Assembly: GCA_033762915.1 (NCBI GenBank)
Contig: JANRLD010000081.1
Coordinates: 1 to 64,000, forward strand
Length of the DNA stretch: 64,000 nucleotides
Direction of reading: 5' to 3'
Origin: Meiothermus sp.
Lineage (GTDB): Bacteria > Deinococcota > Deinococci > Deinococcales > Thermaceae
The position numbers and the translations under genes are program-made. The notes under the pieces were generated by a model. It ran no database searches. It saw only the letters and a list, made by a program, of their open reading frames with translations, and was not told where the DNA came from. Positions 40,709 through 50,079 of this stretch are shown in pieces (within the stretch, counting starts at the first letter, position 1; every line of letters begins with the position of its first letter).

Positions 40709-41938
40709 TCACTCCACGCTCCATTCCCCGTCGCTCAAATCCAGGTACGCCGAAACGGCGGTAAGGTAGGTTTGCCAGGCCTGGGCCACTGTGGCCTCGG
40801 CCTCGAGGGCTCCGGCCTGGGCTTCCAGGAGTTCGACGGCGCTGGCCGCGCCGGTTTGGACACGGGCCTCGACCAAAGTCTGTTGGCGTCGGGCCAGCTC
40901 GAGGCGCTGACGGTTCAGATCGAGCGACTCGAGCCCCAGGGCCGCATCGTTGCGGGTCTGGGTGAGGCGCAGCCTCGCGTCCTCGAGGGCTCGCTGGGCA
41001 CGCAGGCCGGCCGCGTCGCGCTCGGCCTGCACCTGGCTCAGCCCGGGGATCGCCTCCAAGGGCAGGGTCAGGCGTGCCCCGAAGCTCAGCTTCCACTGAT
41101 CTTGCCCAATCGCCTGCCCGGTCACTGGGCTGGTGGGCAGGCTGGGGGCCGAGCCCACCGAGACGTTCGCACCCGGCCCCTGGGCGTTCCAGGAGAGGCC
41201 GGACTGGAGCTGCAGGTCGCGCCCGACGTAGCTGGCGCCCGCGTTCAGCTGTGGGATCAGGGCGCGGCCCGCTTCGTCCAGTCTGGCCTGGGCCTGGACG
41301 AGGGCGGCCTGGGCCTCCTGCACCGCCGGGCTGCGCTCGGGGGCGGCCTCGAGCAGCCGGAAGCGCACCGTTCTGGCCTCTGCCCCGCCCTGAAGGCCGT
41401 AGCGGGCGGCCTCGGCCTGGGCGGCGCGGAGGCCGTTCTCGGCCTGACGCACCCCAAGCTCGGCCTGGCGCAGGGCCAGCCCCACTTCCTCGCGCTGGCT
41501 CGGGGTGATCGCGCCCAGGCCCAGACGCTGGTCGGCGGCCTGCAAGCGGGCCCGAGCGGCCTCGAGGCGCTTCTGAGCACCGGCCGCCCTCCCCTGGGCC
41601 AGCCAGAGCCCGGCGTGGGCCTGCAGGGCGTTCTTGGGGCCGTCACGCTGGGCCTGCCGGAACTGGCGCTCGGCACGGCCCACCGCCAGGCGGAGGTCGC
41701 TCTGAGCGGTGAAGCTGTACTGCCAGGAGGCGCCCGCCGACCAGCTGTTGGTGCCGTCGTTGCGGGCGGCCTCGAGGTTGGGCGTGAGGCCCAGGCTGCC
41801 CAGCCCAGCCCTGGCTCGGGCCGCCTCTAGCGCCGCCCGCGCCGTCTCCACCTCTGGGCCCTGGTAGCGCAGCGCCTCGCCCGGCCCGAAGGCCAGCCCC
41901 GGGCTCAGCAAGAGCAGGATTGTCCATAGTCGTTTCAT
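40709..41938 (-). CDS. TolC family outer-membrane efflux protein
   Basis: Signal peptide, RLGLGAIT and RVQTGAAS repeats, amphipathic beta segments (IPQLNAGASY, WKLSFGARLTLPL). Confidence 0.8.
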   Translation of the reverse strand: MKRLWTILLLLSPGLAFGPGEALRYQGPEVETARAALEAARARAGLGSLGLTPNLEAARNDGTNSWSAGASWQYSFTAQSDLRLAVGRAERQFRQAQRDGPKNALQAHAGLWLAQGRAAGAQKRLEAARARLQAADQRLGLGAITPSQREEVGLALRQAELGVRQAENGLRAAQAEAARYGLQGGAEARTVRFRLLEAAPERSPAVQEAQAALVQAQARLDEAGRALIPQLNAGASYVGRDLQLQSGLSWNAQGPGANVSVGSAPSLPTSPVTGQAIGQDQWKLSFGARLTLPLEAIPGLSQVQAERDAAGLRAQRALEDARLRLTQTRNDAALGLESLDLNRQRLELARRQQTLVEARVQTGAASAVELLEAQAGALEAEATVAQAWQTYLTAVSAYLDLSDGEWSVE

Positions 41939-41975
41939 TCGACCTCGTTTGGGTAGGGACCAGCCGCCGCCCGCC

Positions 41976-42599
41976 CTAGCGGAACAGGCTGAAAAAAGTC
42001 AGGGCCAGCGAGAGCAGCGTCACCGCCACCGTGGCCGTCAGCGCCCGCTCGGGGGCCAGGACGCGCAGGCCGCTGTAGAGCACCCACAGCGTCCAGGCCG
42101 TTACCAGCAGGGTCAGGACTTGCTGGGCGCGGATGTAGCTCGAGGCCCGGATCACCTCCTGGAACTGGCGCTGCCAGGCCAGCAAGCGCTCCTGGGCGCT
42201 GGGGTCGCCTTGGGCAACCTGCGGGATGGGGGGAAGATCACCGGTGATGGGGAAGAATGCCGCCATGGGGATCAGCACCAGCGCCAGCACCGCGCCCGGC
42301 AGCGCGGCCCAGCCGTAGACCTCCCAGGCCCGGCTCTCGGGCCCCGCGAAGACCCGCACCACCGCGCCTCCCACGCCCCAGACCAGGATGCCGATCACCA
42401 CGCTGCTTACCAGCGCCAGTGCGATCTGCAGGGGCAGCGGGAAGGGCAGCAGGCTGGGCAGAAGCCGGGTGGAGAGTATCCCCGCCACCGAGCCCAGCGC
42501 GACCGCGAGGATCGAGATCAGAAACGGCGCGGTCAGGTTGGGCTTGCGCTCTTGCAGTGCCTTAAAAAACGCCGTGGGTTGGGTCAGTACCTCGAGCAT
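41976..42599 (-). CDS. Yip1-domain membrane protein
   Basis: MLEVLTQPTAFF start, about 5 TM segments, GWAALP. Confidence 0.78.
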   Translation of the reverse strand: MLEVLTQPTAFFKALQERKPNLTAPFLISILAVALGSVAGILSTRLLPSLLPFPLPLQIALALVSSVVIGILVWGVGGAVVRVFAGPESRAWEVYGWAALPGAVLALVLIPMAAFFPITGDLPPIPQVAQGDPSAQERLLAWQRQFQEVIRASSYIRAQQVLTLLVTAWTLWVLYSGLRVLAPERALTATVAVTLLSLALTFFSLFR

Positions 42600-42676
42600 G
42601 TCGTTCCCCCTTTTCAATGTCAAAATAATATCATATTTTACTTAGTACATTTTGTATGCGTTGTCCTCGAGTTCCC

Positions 42677-43153
42677 TCAGCACTTGGCCCCTTCGCCCAC
42701 CTCGAGAGTCACCCCCCTGGCCCGCTCGAAGCGCATGCGGGCCGAGGTGGGCATGGTGCCGCTCGAGCAGCCGACCGCCAGGGGCCGGTCGTCGAGCGTG
42801 ACCGCGCCCTGGGTGTAGCGCAGCGCGTAGGGCAGGTCGCGGGTCAGGCTGAAGCTGTACTCGCCGTTGAGCCAGCGCGAGCGGAGGGTGTAGCCGCTGC
42901 GGGACTCGCTCTCGCGGCAGTTGAGGCACTGGGTGTTGTCGGAGAAAGCCTGGATATCGGGGTTGTCGTAGGGATTGAACAGGCCACGGGTCTCGAGGTT
43001 GCCCCAGATGGCCGCCCCCACCGTCGCCAGCACCGCGCCCACCAGACCCCACTTGGCGGTTGGGCTGCTCCCCACCCGCCACAAGAGCGCCACCGCGCCC
43101 GCCATCAGGGCCCAAAAGCTCACCGTCCAGGGGTTGAATACCTCGAGGTTCAT
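42677..43153 (-). CDS. Membrane-anchored hypothetical protein
   Basis: Two N-terminal TM helices and a soluble domain with CLNC; ATGA overlap with the upstream gene, GGAGG RBS. Confidence 0.7.
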   Translation of the reverse strand: MNLEVFNPWTVSFWALMAGAVALLWRVGSSPTAKWGLVGAVLATVGAAIWGNLETRGLFNPYDNPDIQAFSDNTQCLNCRESESRSGYTLRSRWLNGEYSFSLTRDLPYALRYTQGAVTLDDRPLAVGCSSGTMPTSARMRFERARGVTLEVGEGAKC

Positions 43154-43905
43154 GCCTCCACCTCGTTCCATATGCGCCCCGCCAGCCAGACGAACAGGGC
43201 CGTGGTCAGGACGCCCAGGATGGGCAGCTCGAGGGGCAGGCCGGTCTCGAGCAGCCCCACCTCGGCGTTGATGTCGAAGCCAAGGGCCGTGATGGTCGGG
43301 AAGGGCAGGGCCGGTAGGGTGTAGGCGATGTTGCCCAGCAGCAGGATGCCCAGACCGCCCAGGTTGAGGATGCCGACCAGCATCACCAGGTTGGCCAGCC
43401 AGGCCATCCGGCCCAGCGCGAAGGAGAGGTTGACCTGCCGGATCAGCAGCACCCCCGCCACCATCGGCAGCCAGAAGCTGACCAGGTTGTAGGCCACCAG
43501 GTACAACGCCGCGCCCAGCGACAGGGCCACCTGCGCCCGCGACAGCGCCCACCACAGCACCACCGAGAGCAACACCAGGAACAAGGCGCTAAAGGCCGCG
43601 TAGTAGGCGAAGCGCGCCCACAGATGCTGCGACCCGTCGGGCACGCTGAGGAGCACCAGGGTGCCGTCCTGTCTGCTGGTGAAGACCATGCTCAACAGCA
43701 GGATCACCACCCCCCCCGTCGCCGCCAGACTGATGTACAAGAAGCGCAGCCCCAGGCTCTCGACACTGGCCGGTGTGGCCGCGAAGGGGGTGTCCTGCAC
43801 CCGCAGCACCGCCCACAGCGCCAGCCCCACGATCCCCAGCAGCGCCACCAACCAGCCCGCCCCCTTGCGGAACTCGAGCCAGACCAGAGTTGAAAATACG
43901 TTCAC
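43150..43905 (-). CDS. ABC-2-type permease-like membrane protein
   Basis: LVWLEFRK start, 6 TM segments, follows an ABC ATPase. Confidence 0.75.
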   Translation of the reverse strand: MNVFSTLVWLEFRKGAGWLVALLGIVGLALWAVLRVQDTPFAATPASVESLGLRFLYISLAATGGVVILLLSMVFTSRQDGTLVLLSVPDGSQHLWARFAYYAAFSALFLVLLSVVLWWALSRAQVALSLGAALYLVAYNLVSFWLPMVAGVLLIRQVNLSFALGRMAWLANLVMLVGILNLGGLGILLLGNIAYTLPALPFPTITALGFDINAEVGLLETGLPLELPILGVLTTALFVWLAGRIWNEVEA

Positions 43906-43991
43906 CGTGTCACCTCAGTAGAGAAGTTAGGGGGGAGGGGAAGATAAACCACAAAAAAGGATTCTTTGCCGTTTTCCTTCCCTCTTCCCTC

Positions 43992-44672
43992 CTAGATCAA
44001 CACCTGCAGAAACGCGTCCTTCACGCTCTTACCCTGCTGCCTCAGGTCTTCGGCCATCGCGTCTAAGACTAGGCGGCCCTCCTTGAGGAATACGGCACGG
44101 TCGAAGATGCCCTCGGCCTCGGCGACCTCGTGCGTCGAGATTACGATCACCCCGTCCTCGCGCCACTCGCGCACCAGGGTCTGCATGATGCGGTCGCGGG
44201 AGATCAGGTCTATCCCACCCAGCGGCTCATCAAGCAAGTAGAGTTTGGCCTCTCTCGCCAGCACCATCGCCAGGCGCAGCCGGGCCTTCTGACCCTTGGA
44301 CATCGCGCCGTAGGGTTTGATGGGCACCTCGAGGAAGCCCAGCAGTTCCTTGTAGCGCTCGGGGCGGAAGTCGGGGTAGAGCGAGCGCATCAGGCGCTCG
44401 GCGTCGGCGGGGGTCAGCCAGTTGTAGAGGTTGTCGGAGTCGGAGAGAAAGGCCACCTGGCCGCGCGCGTCACGGGGCAGCTTGCCAACCACCTCGACCT
44501 TACCCTGGCTGGGGTACAGCAGACCCGCCAGCAGCTTGAGGGTGGTGGTCTTGCCCGAGCCGTTGAGGCCCAGCAGCCCCACCGCCTGACCGGCCTCGAG
44601 GCTCAGGTTCAGATCGCTTACCCCGTCCTTGGCCCCGTAACGACGGGTGACGTTTTCCAGCTTAGCCAGCAT
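43992..44672 (-). CDS. ABC ATP-binding protein (YtrB-like)
   Basis: GLNGSGKTT, MSKGQK, LLDEPLGGID. Confidence 0.93.
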   Translation of the reverse strand: MLAKLENVTRRYGAKDGVSDLNLSLEAGQAVGLLGLNGSGKTTTLKLLAGLLYPSQGKVEVVGKLPRDARGQVAFLSDSDNLYNWLTPADAERLMRSLYPDFRPERYKELLGFLEVPIKPYGAMSKGQKARLRLAMVLAREAKLYLLDEPLGGIDLISRDRIMQTLVREWREDGVIVISTHEVAEAEGIFDRAVFLKEGRLVLDAMAEDLRQQGKSVKDAFLQVLI

Positions 44673-45045
44673 TGCCGTTCTCCTTGAATTGACCGTTGAG
44701 GCTCGAGAGGGCCTTCCGGGCGTCCTCGGGCGTGAGGCCCAGGCCCTGCACCTCGCCCAAGTAGCGCTGGGCGGCCTCTTGCAGCAGGCGCAGCTTCATG
44801 CCCTCTACGTTCACGTCGTCGCGGATGAAGGTGCCCAGGCCGCGCCGGGTCTCTGAAATCTGGGCGATCTCGAGCTGGCTGAAGGCGTGGATCACCGTGT
44901 TGGGGTTAACCTTGAGTTCGGCGGCCAGCTCGCGCGCCGAGGGCAGTTTATCGCCCGGCTTCATCCTGCCGTTGGCCAACATGCGCTCCACCCCCTTCAC
45001 AATCTGGGCGTAAATCGGCCCGGCTTCGTTGTCCAGGTTCCACAC
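44662..45045 (-). CDS. GntR family regulator, YtrA subfamily
   Basis: PIYAQI, LPSARELA, VNPNTV, RRGLGTF, short C-terminus, adjacent ABC ATPase. Confidence 0.9.
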   Translation of the reverse strand: MWNLDNEAGPIYAQIVKGVERMLANGRMKPGDKLPSARELAAELKVNPNTVIHAFSQLEIAQISETRRGLGTFIRDDVNVEGMKLRLLQEAAQRYLGEVQGLGLTPEDARKALSSLNGQFKENGNAG

Positions 45046-45056
45046 AGCCTTCCTCC

Positions 45057-45770
45057 TCACCCGCCCAGATCCTGCCGCCGCAGCCCGAGCGAGGCCAGTA
45101 ATACGAACAGCATCGTATACCCGGCCAGCCCCGCCGCGTAGAGTGGGTCGCCCGTTTGCAGCAGGCCGTCGCCCAGCGGGGTCGGGAAGTACCGCCCCAC
45201 CTGGGGCCAGAAGGCGTTCAGGATGCTCTCTACCACCAGCCCCGAGAACAGCGGAACCCCCACCGCCAGCGCCACCGAGCGGGTGAAGACCCCCATCAGA
45301 ACGCTCAGGGCCAGATAGGGCAGAACCCCCAGCACCAGCCCGCCGAACAGCCGCGGCAGCTCGGCCCCGGCCCGGCGCATCAGCTCGGGAACCTCCGGGC
45401 TGTAGAGCAGCTCGGCCAAGCCGGCCAGCCCGAAGGGAATCGCCATCGCCAGCAGCAGCGGCCCCAGCGCGGCCGCAAACCTCGAGAGCAGCCAGGGCAC
45501 CCGCCGCACCCCCCGGCTGAGCAGGAGCGGCAGGGTGCGCCAGTTGTACTCCTGGGCCGTCCAGGAGCCTATCAGCACCACGAACACGAAACCCGCCAGC
45601 TTGGACAGGCCCAGGACAGCCTCGAGCACCGGGAAGGGATGGCCGTCCGCCAAGCGGCCGTAGCCCATCGCCAGCACCAGCCCGGCAACCAGCGTGCCGC
45701 CGACCAGCACCGCCCAGAAGCTGCGGTTCCACAGGGTCTTGCGGGTCTCATTGGCGATCAGGTTAAGCAC
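45057..45770 (-). CDS. ABC-2-type permease
   Basis: LIANETRK, QEYNWRTL motif, 6 TM segments. Confidence 0.85.
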   Translation of the reverse strand: MLNLIANETRKTLWNRSFWAVLVGGTLVAGLVLAMGYGRLADGHPFPVLEAVLGLSKLAGFVFVVLIGSWTAQEYNWRTLPLLLSRGVRRVPWLLSRFAAALGPLLLAMAIPFGLAGLAELLYSPEVPELMRRAGAELPRLFGGLVLGVLPYLALSVLMGVFTRSVALAVGVPLFSGLVVESILNAFWPQVGRYFPTPLGDGLLQTGDPLYAAGLAGYTMLFVLLASLGLRRQDLGG

Positions 45771-46707
45771 GGTGGCCTCCCTGGGTGATCTCGAGGAATA
45801 GCTGCTCGAGGCCGCCTTCGAGGGGCCTTACCTCGCTGGGCACCAGGCCCGCCGCCACCAGGCGGCGAACCACCTCGGTGGCCTCGAGGCCCGACACGTG
45901 CAGGTACTCGCCGGCGACCTCGAGCCGGCCCGCCAGGCCCTTCAACACCACGGCGGCCTCCTCGGGGCGCTCGAGGCGAACCCTCAGGGCGCCGCCCCCC
46001 GCCAACAGTTCGCGCACCCGGCCCTGCGCCACGACCCTGCCCCGGTGGATCACCGCGATGCGGTCGCAGACCTGCTCGACCTCGCTCAGGATGTGCGAGG
46101 AGAAGATGACCGTGATGCCCTGCGCGGCCAGCCTCTGCATCAGCTCGCGCATCTCCTTCATCCCGGCGGGATCCATCCCGTTGGAGGGCTCGTCCAGAAT
46201 CAGGAGTTCGGGGCCGGTCAGGAGCGCCATGGCAATCCCCAGACGCTGCTTCATTCCGGTCGAGTAGGCGCCCGCCGGGCGGTGTGCCGCCCCCGCGATG
46301 CCCACCAGCTCCAACACCTCCTGGATGCGGCTTTGACCGACCCCAGCCTCGAGGCCCGCCAACAGCTCCAAGTGCCTGCGCGCCGAGAGGTGCGGGAAGA
46401 TCGCGGGCGCGCCCAGCAGCGCCCCGACCCTGCGCAAGGCCTGGTTGTGGCCGGGCCGAACCGGCTGGCCCAGCACCTCTACGCTGCCCTGGCTGGACTC
46501 GACCAGGCCCAGAATCATCCCCAGGGTGGTGGTCTTCCCTGCCCCGTTGGGGCCAAGAAAACCGAAGATTTCGCCCTTATAGACTTCCAAATCCACCTGC
46601 TCGACCGCCACCACGCCGCCGAAACGCTTGCCCAGCCCCCGAACCGACAGCACCGGGCTGCGCTGTACCGGCGCGGGGGGTTTCTCGAGAGTCGCCAACA
46701 TATCCAT
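45763..46707 (-). CDS. ABC ATP-binding protein (BcrA-like)
   Basis: [41 protein letters not shown]. Confidence 0.94.
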   Translation of the reverse strand: MDMLATLEKPPAPVQRSPVLSVRGLGKRFGGVVAVEQVDLEVYKGEIFGFLGPNGAGKTTTLGMILGLVESSQGSVEVLGQPVRPGHNQALRRVGALLGAPAIFPHLSARRHLELLAGLEAGVGQSRIQEVLELVGIAGAAHRPAGAYSTGMKQRLGIAMALLTGPELLILDEPSNGMDPAGMKEMRELMQRLAAQGITVIFSSHILSEVEQVCDRIAVIHRGRVVAQGRVRELLAGGGALRVRLERPEEAAVVLKGLAGRLEVAGEYLHVSGLEATEVVRRLVAAGLVPSEVRPLEGGLEQLFLEITQGGHRA

Positions 46708-46715
46708 GCCTCCTT

Positions 46716-46739
46716 AGTGCACTAATAGACTAATACACT
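46716..46739. promoter_or_regulatory. Candidate YtrA operator
   Basis: Imperfect palindrome AGTGCACTAATAGACTAATACACT immediately upstream of the operon RBS, with YtrA-like GTGTAnTA...TAnTACAC geometry. Confidence 0.7.
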
Positions 46740-46827
46740 AGGGCAGCTTGAGTCAATACCCTCGAGCACCACCCTGGGCCGCCCAGGGGCCGAACCGGCA
46801 CCTGGGCGGATTGGGTAGGATGGGCGG

Positions 46828-47964
46828 GTGCTGCCCCTGGCAAAACTCACCGCCCTGCGCCACACGCTTCACGCAAGCCCGGAGGTCTCGGGTCTGGAGC
46901 AGCAGACCGCCGCCCTGATCGAGGCCTACCTGCGCGGGCTCGAGCCCGACTCCCTGGTCACTGGGCTCGGCGGGCACGGAATTTTGGCGACGTTTGAGAG
47001 CGGCCTCGAGGGACCGACGCTCCTCTTCCGCTCCGAGCTGGACGCGCTGCCCATCCCCGAGGCCAACACCTTCGCCCACCGCTCAAAGCGCCCCGGCGTC
47101 TCGCACAAGTGCGGGCACGACGGGCACAGCGCCGCCCTGTGCGGCTTGGCCGAATTGCTCGCCCGCGGCCGCCCGCCCAGGGGCAGGGTTCACCTGCTCT
47201 TCCAGCCCGCCGAGGAGGTCGGCGAGGGTGCGAAGGCGGTGCTGGCCGACCCGAAGTTCGCCCCGTTCCGGCCCGACCTGGCCTTCGCGCTGCACAACTT
47301 CCCCGGCTTTCCTGCGGGCTCCGTGGTCCTGCGCGACCGGATCATCACCGCCGCCGTGGTGGGGCTGGCGGTGCGACTCGAGGGCCGCACCGCCCACGCC
47401 GCCCAGCCCGAGCTGGGCCGCAACCCCGCCTTCGCGGTAGCGGAGCTGCTTCAGTACAGCCAGACCCTAAACCGTCCCGACCCCACCCGCCCCGAGTTCC
47501 GCCTCACCACGCCCGTGGGGGTGCGCGTCGGCTCCCCCGCCTACGGCGTGGCGGCGGGCGACGGGGAGCTGAACCTGACCCTCCGGAGCTGGACGGATGG
47601 CGGACTCGAGGAACTGGCCGCGAGCCTCCTGCTCCGCGCCCGGCAGCTCGCCGAGCGCGACGGCCTGACCCTAAGCCACCAGACCACCGAGCATTTCGCC
47701 GCCAACTTCAACGACCCGGCCGCGGCAGCCGCGGCGCGGAGGGCGGCGGTAAGTTGCGGCCTCGAGGTGCTTGAGCTACCCGTCCCGCTCAAGGGCGGCG
47801 AGGACTTCGGCCTGTTCACCGCCCGGTTCCCCTGCTGCTTGATTCTGCTGGGCGCGGGCGAGGCCACACCACCCCTGCACAGCCCCGACTACGACTTCCC
47901 CGACGAACTCCTCGAGCCCGCCGTCCGGCTGATGGCGCAGATCGTGCGGGAGACGCTGGGTTAG
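46828..47964 (+). CDS. M20D amidohydrolase
   Basis: LHASPEVSG.E, RSELDALP, HKCGHDGH, FQPAEE, GEDF, LHSPDYDF. Confidence 0.92.
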   Translation: MLPLAKLTALRHTLHASPEVSGLEQQTAALIEAYLRGLEPDSLVTGLGGHGILATFESGLEGPTLLFRSELDALPIPEANTFAHRSKRPGVSHKCGHDGHSAALCGLAELLARGRPPRGRVHLLFQPAEEVGEGAKAVLADPKFAPFRPDLAFALHNFPGFPAGSVVLRDRIITAAVVGLAVRLEGRTAHAAQPELGRNPAFAVAELLQYSQTLNRPDPTRPEFRLTTPVGVRVGSPAYGVAAGDGELNLTLRSWTDGGLEELAASLLLRARQLAERDGLTLSHQTTEHFAANFNDPAAAAAARRAAVSCGLEVLELPVPLKGGEDFGLFTARFPCCLILLGAGEATPPLHSPDYDFPDELLEPAVRLMAQIVRETLG

Positions 47965-48177
47965 GCGCTGGGGCCACTTCGGGTTGTGCCGGGGTCTTTG
48001 CGGGGCGGCGAGTGCTGCAGCTACCCGCCCGGGCGCAGTTCCATAGCGGGCATTTCGGGGCGGCACTCCCTCATCGCGCGAACCGCTCTCAGCCATACAG
48101 ACACTTGCGGAGGCCACCCCAGACGGGGCATTGGCTGAGCCCAAGCGCTGGGCACCTCCGAAGGGAAGCGCGGGAGT

Positions 48178-49506
48178 CTACAGCCGCTCGAAGCCCCGCA
48201 CCCGCTCCCAGTCGGTCACCGCCGCCTCGAAGGCTTCGATCTCCACGTTGGCCATGTTGAGGTAGTGGTCTACCACCTCGGCGCCGAAGGCAGCCCTGGC
48301 TGTTTTGGACCTGGCGAAGAGGTCTCGAGCCAGCCGCATGTGCCCCGGCACTCGAGGCTTCCGGCTCAAGTAGGCGTTGCCCCTGAACTCAGGCTCTAGC
48401 TCGAGGTTGTTTTCGATCCCGTGCAGCCCCGCCGCAATCATCGCCGCCAACGCCAGGTAGGGGTTCACGTCCGCGCCGGGCACCCGGTTCTCGACCCGCA
48501 GGCCCGCGCCGTGACCCACCACCCGGAAGCCGCAAGTACGGTTGTCGCGGCCCCAGGCCACGGCGGTGGGGGCGAAGGAGCCCACCGCGTAGCGCTTGTA
48601 GCTGTTGATGTTGGGCGCGTAGAGCAGGCTGAACTCGCGCAGGCAGGCCAACTGGCCCGCCAGGAAGCGCTCGAAGACCTCGGGCTGCTCCTTGAAGATG
48701 GGGCTGTCGTCGGCGCGGCGCAGCGACATGTGGACGTGGCAGCTGTTGCCCTCGCGCTGGTCGTACTTGGCCATGAAGGTGACGGCCGCGCCCATCTGGG
48801 CAGCGATCTCCTTAGCGCCATTCTTGAAGACCACATGGTCGTCGGCGGTCTCGAGCGCACCTTTATACCTAAAGTTGATCTCGTGCTGCCCGAAATTGCA
48901 CTCGCCCTTGGAGTTCTCGCAGTACAGCCCGGCCTCCCCCATCTCGCGGCGGATGCGCCCGATCAGGGGCTCGACCCTCGAGGTGCCCAGAATCGAGTAA
49001 TCCACGTTGTACTGGTTGGCGGGCGTCAGGTCGTGGTAGCGGGCACGGAAGGCGTCCTCGTAGCTGGTGTCGAAGAGGATGAACTCGAGCTCGGTGGCGG
49101 CCAGGCAGATCAGGCCGTGGGCGGCGAGGCGCTCGAGCTGACGCCTGAGGATCTGCCGGGGGGAGACGCTCACCGGGTGGCCGTGGTGGTCCTCGAGGTC
49201 CACCTGCACCATCGCGGTCTTGTCGTGCCAGGGGATGCGGCGCAGGGTCGAGAGGTCGGGCTTCATGGCGAAGTCGCCGTAGCCGGTCTCCCAGTTCGAC
49301 AGCCGGTAGCCGTCCACGGTGCGCATGTCCACGTCCACCGCCAGCAGGTAGTTGCAGCCCTCGGCCCCGTGAGCGGCCACCTGATTGAGGAAGTAGTCGG
49401 CGTTCAGGCGCTTGCCCATCGGGCGGCCCTGCATGTCGGTCATGGCGAGGATGATGGTGTCAATCTCGCCCTTGTTGACGGCGGTCTGTAGCTGCTCGAG
49501 GGTCAT
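48178..49506 (-). CDS. Glutamine synthetase-like gamma-glutamyl-amine ligase
   Basis: DMQGRPMGKR, ELEF, GQHEINF, GNSCHVHMS, NSYKR, WGRDNRT, ENRVPGADVNPY; adjacent APC permease. Confidence 0.9.
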   Translation of the reverse strand: MTLEQLQTAVNKGEIDTIILAMTDMQGRPMGKRLNADYFLNQVAAHGAEGCNYLLAVDVDMRTVDGYRLSNWETGYGDFAMKPDLSTLRRIPWHDKTAMVQVDLEDHHGHPVSVSPRQILRRQLERLAAHGLICLAATELEFILFDTSYEDAFRARYHDLTPANQYNVDYSILGTSRVEPLIGRIRREMGEAGLYCENSKGECNFGQHEINFRYKGALETADDHVVFKNGAKEIAAQMGAAVTFMAKYDQREGNSCHVHMSLRRADDSPIFKEQPEVFERFLAGQLACLREFSLLYAPNINSYKRYAVGSFAPTAVAWGRDNRTCGFRVVGHGAGLRVENRVPGADVNPYLALAAMIAAGLHGIENNLELEPEFRGNAYLSRKPRVPGHMRLARDLFARSKTARAAFGAEVVDHYLNMANVEIEAFEAAVTDWERVRGFERL

Positions 49507-49751
49507 AGCGGCTCCTTTATAGTTTGCGCCAGTCTACCCAATCTTCTGATTCGCCGGAAAGACCGCAGCCATACGATGCCCCTGGACTGCCGCCCACCAA
49601 GCACCAGCCCAACACATCAGTCGGCCCAAAGGGAACTCCTACGCTTGGCGAGTCCAGCCTATAGGTCATAGAGGCCCCTTCGGACGCTTGGGGTGCCGCA
49701 AAAGTCCCCGAAGGATTGGAATCACGCTTCTGGACCCTCAACACTTCCCAT

Positions 49752-49780
49752 AAAAAGCCCCCTCGAGGCTCGAGGGGGGC
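49752..49780 (-). terminator. Intrinsic terminator whose stem is built from two CTCGAG copies
   Basis: AAAAAGCCCCCTCGAG-G-CTCGAGGGGGGC; U tract on the minus strand. Confidence 0.7.
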
Positions 49781-49880
49781 GCCTTTCCTATCGTCTAGGT
49801 GCCTGGGTGGTCGATGGGCAGATTGCCGCCCAAGACGACCGCTCGAAACGCCTGCTAAGGGATTTTGGCCCCGCCAAGGC

Positions 49881-50079
49881 CCCAGCGCAACTTATGGTGG
49901 TTCCCACCATTACTCGGCACGATAAACTCCACCTCGCCGGGTATTGGTGGGAACCGCTCTTAAGCGTCTGTATGGCTGATATGCGAAATGCCACCCGGCA
50001 GCCCGTTGGGGAATTGCGCCGGTAAGCCGCTCGCTGCTGAGGTCGCGTGCAGGGTTTCGCAAACCCACTTTGGCGCAAC
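49881..50079. repeat. Composite repeat: short module B plus module A (copy 3)
   Basis: GGTTCCCACCATTAC..GTGGGAACCGCTCT (49899-49960), then GGGAATTGCGCC..TGGCGCAAC (50008-50079) abutting the permease TAG. Confidence 0.75.

Noticed and set aside
49517..50078. Short ORFs between the permease and the GlnA-like gene
   Set aside because: They span a terminator and repeat modules and show no recognisable protein features
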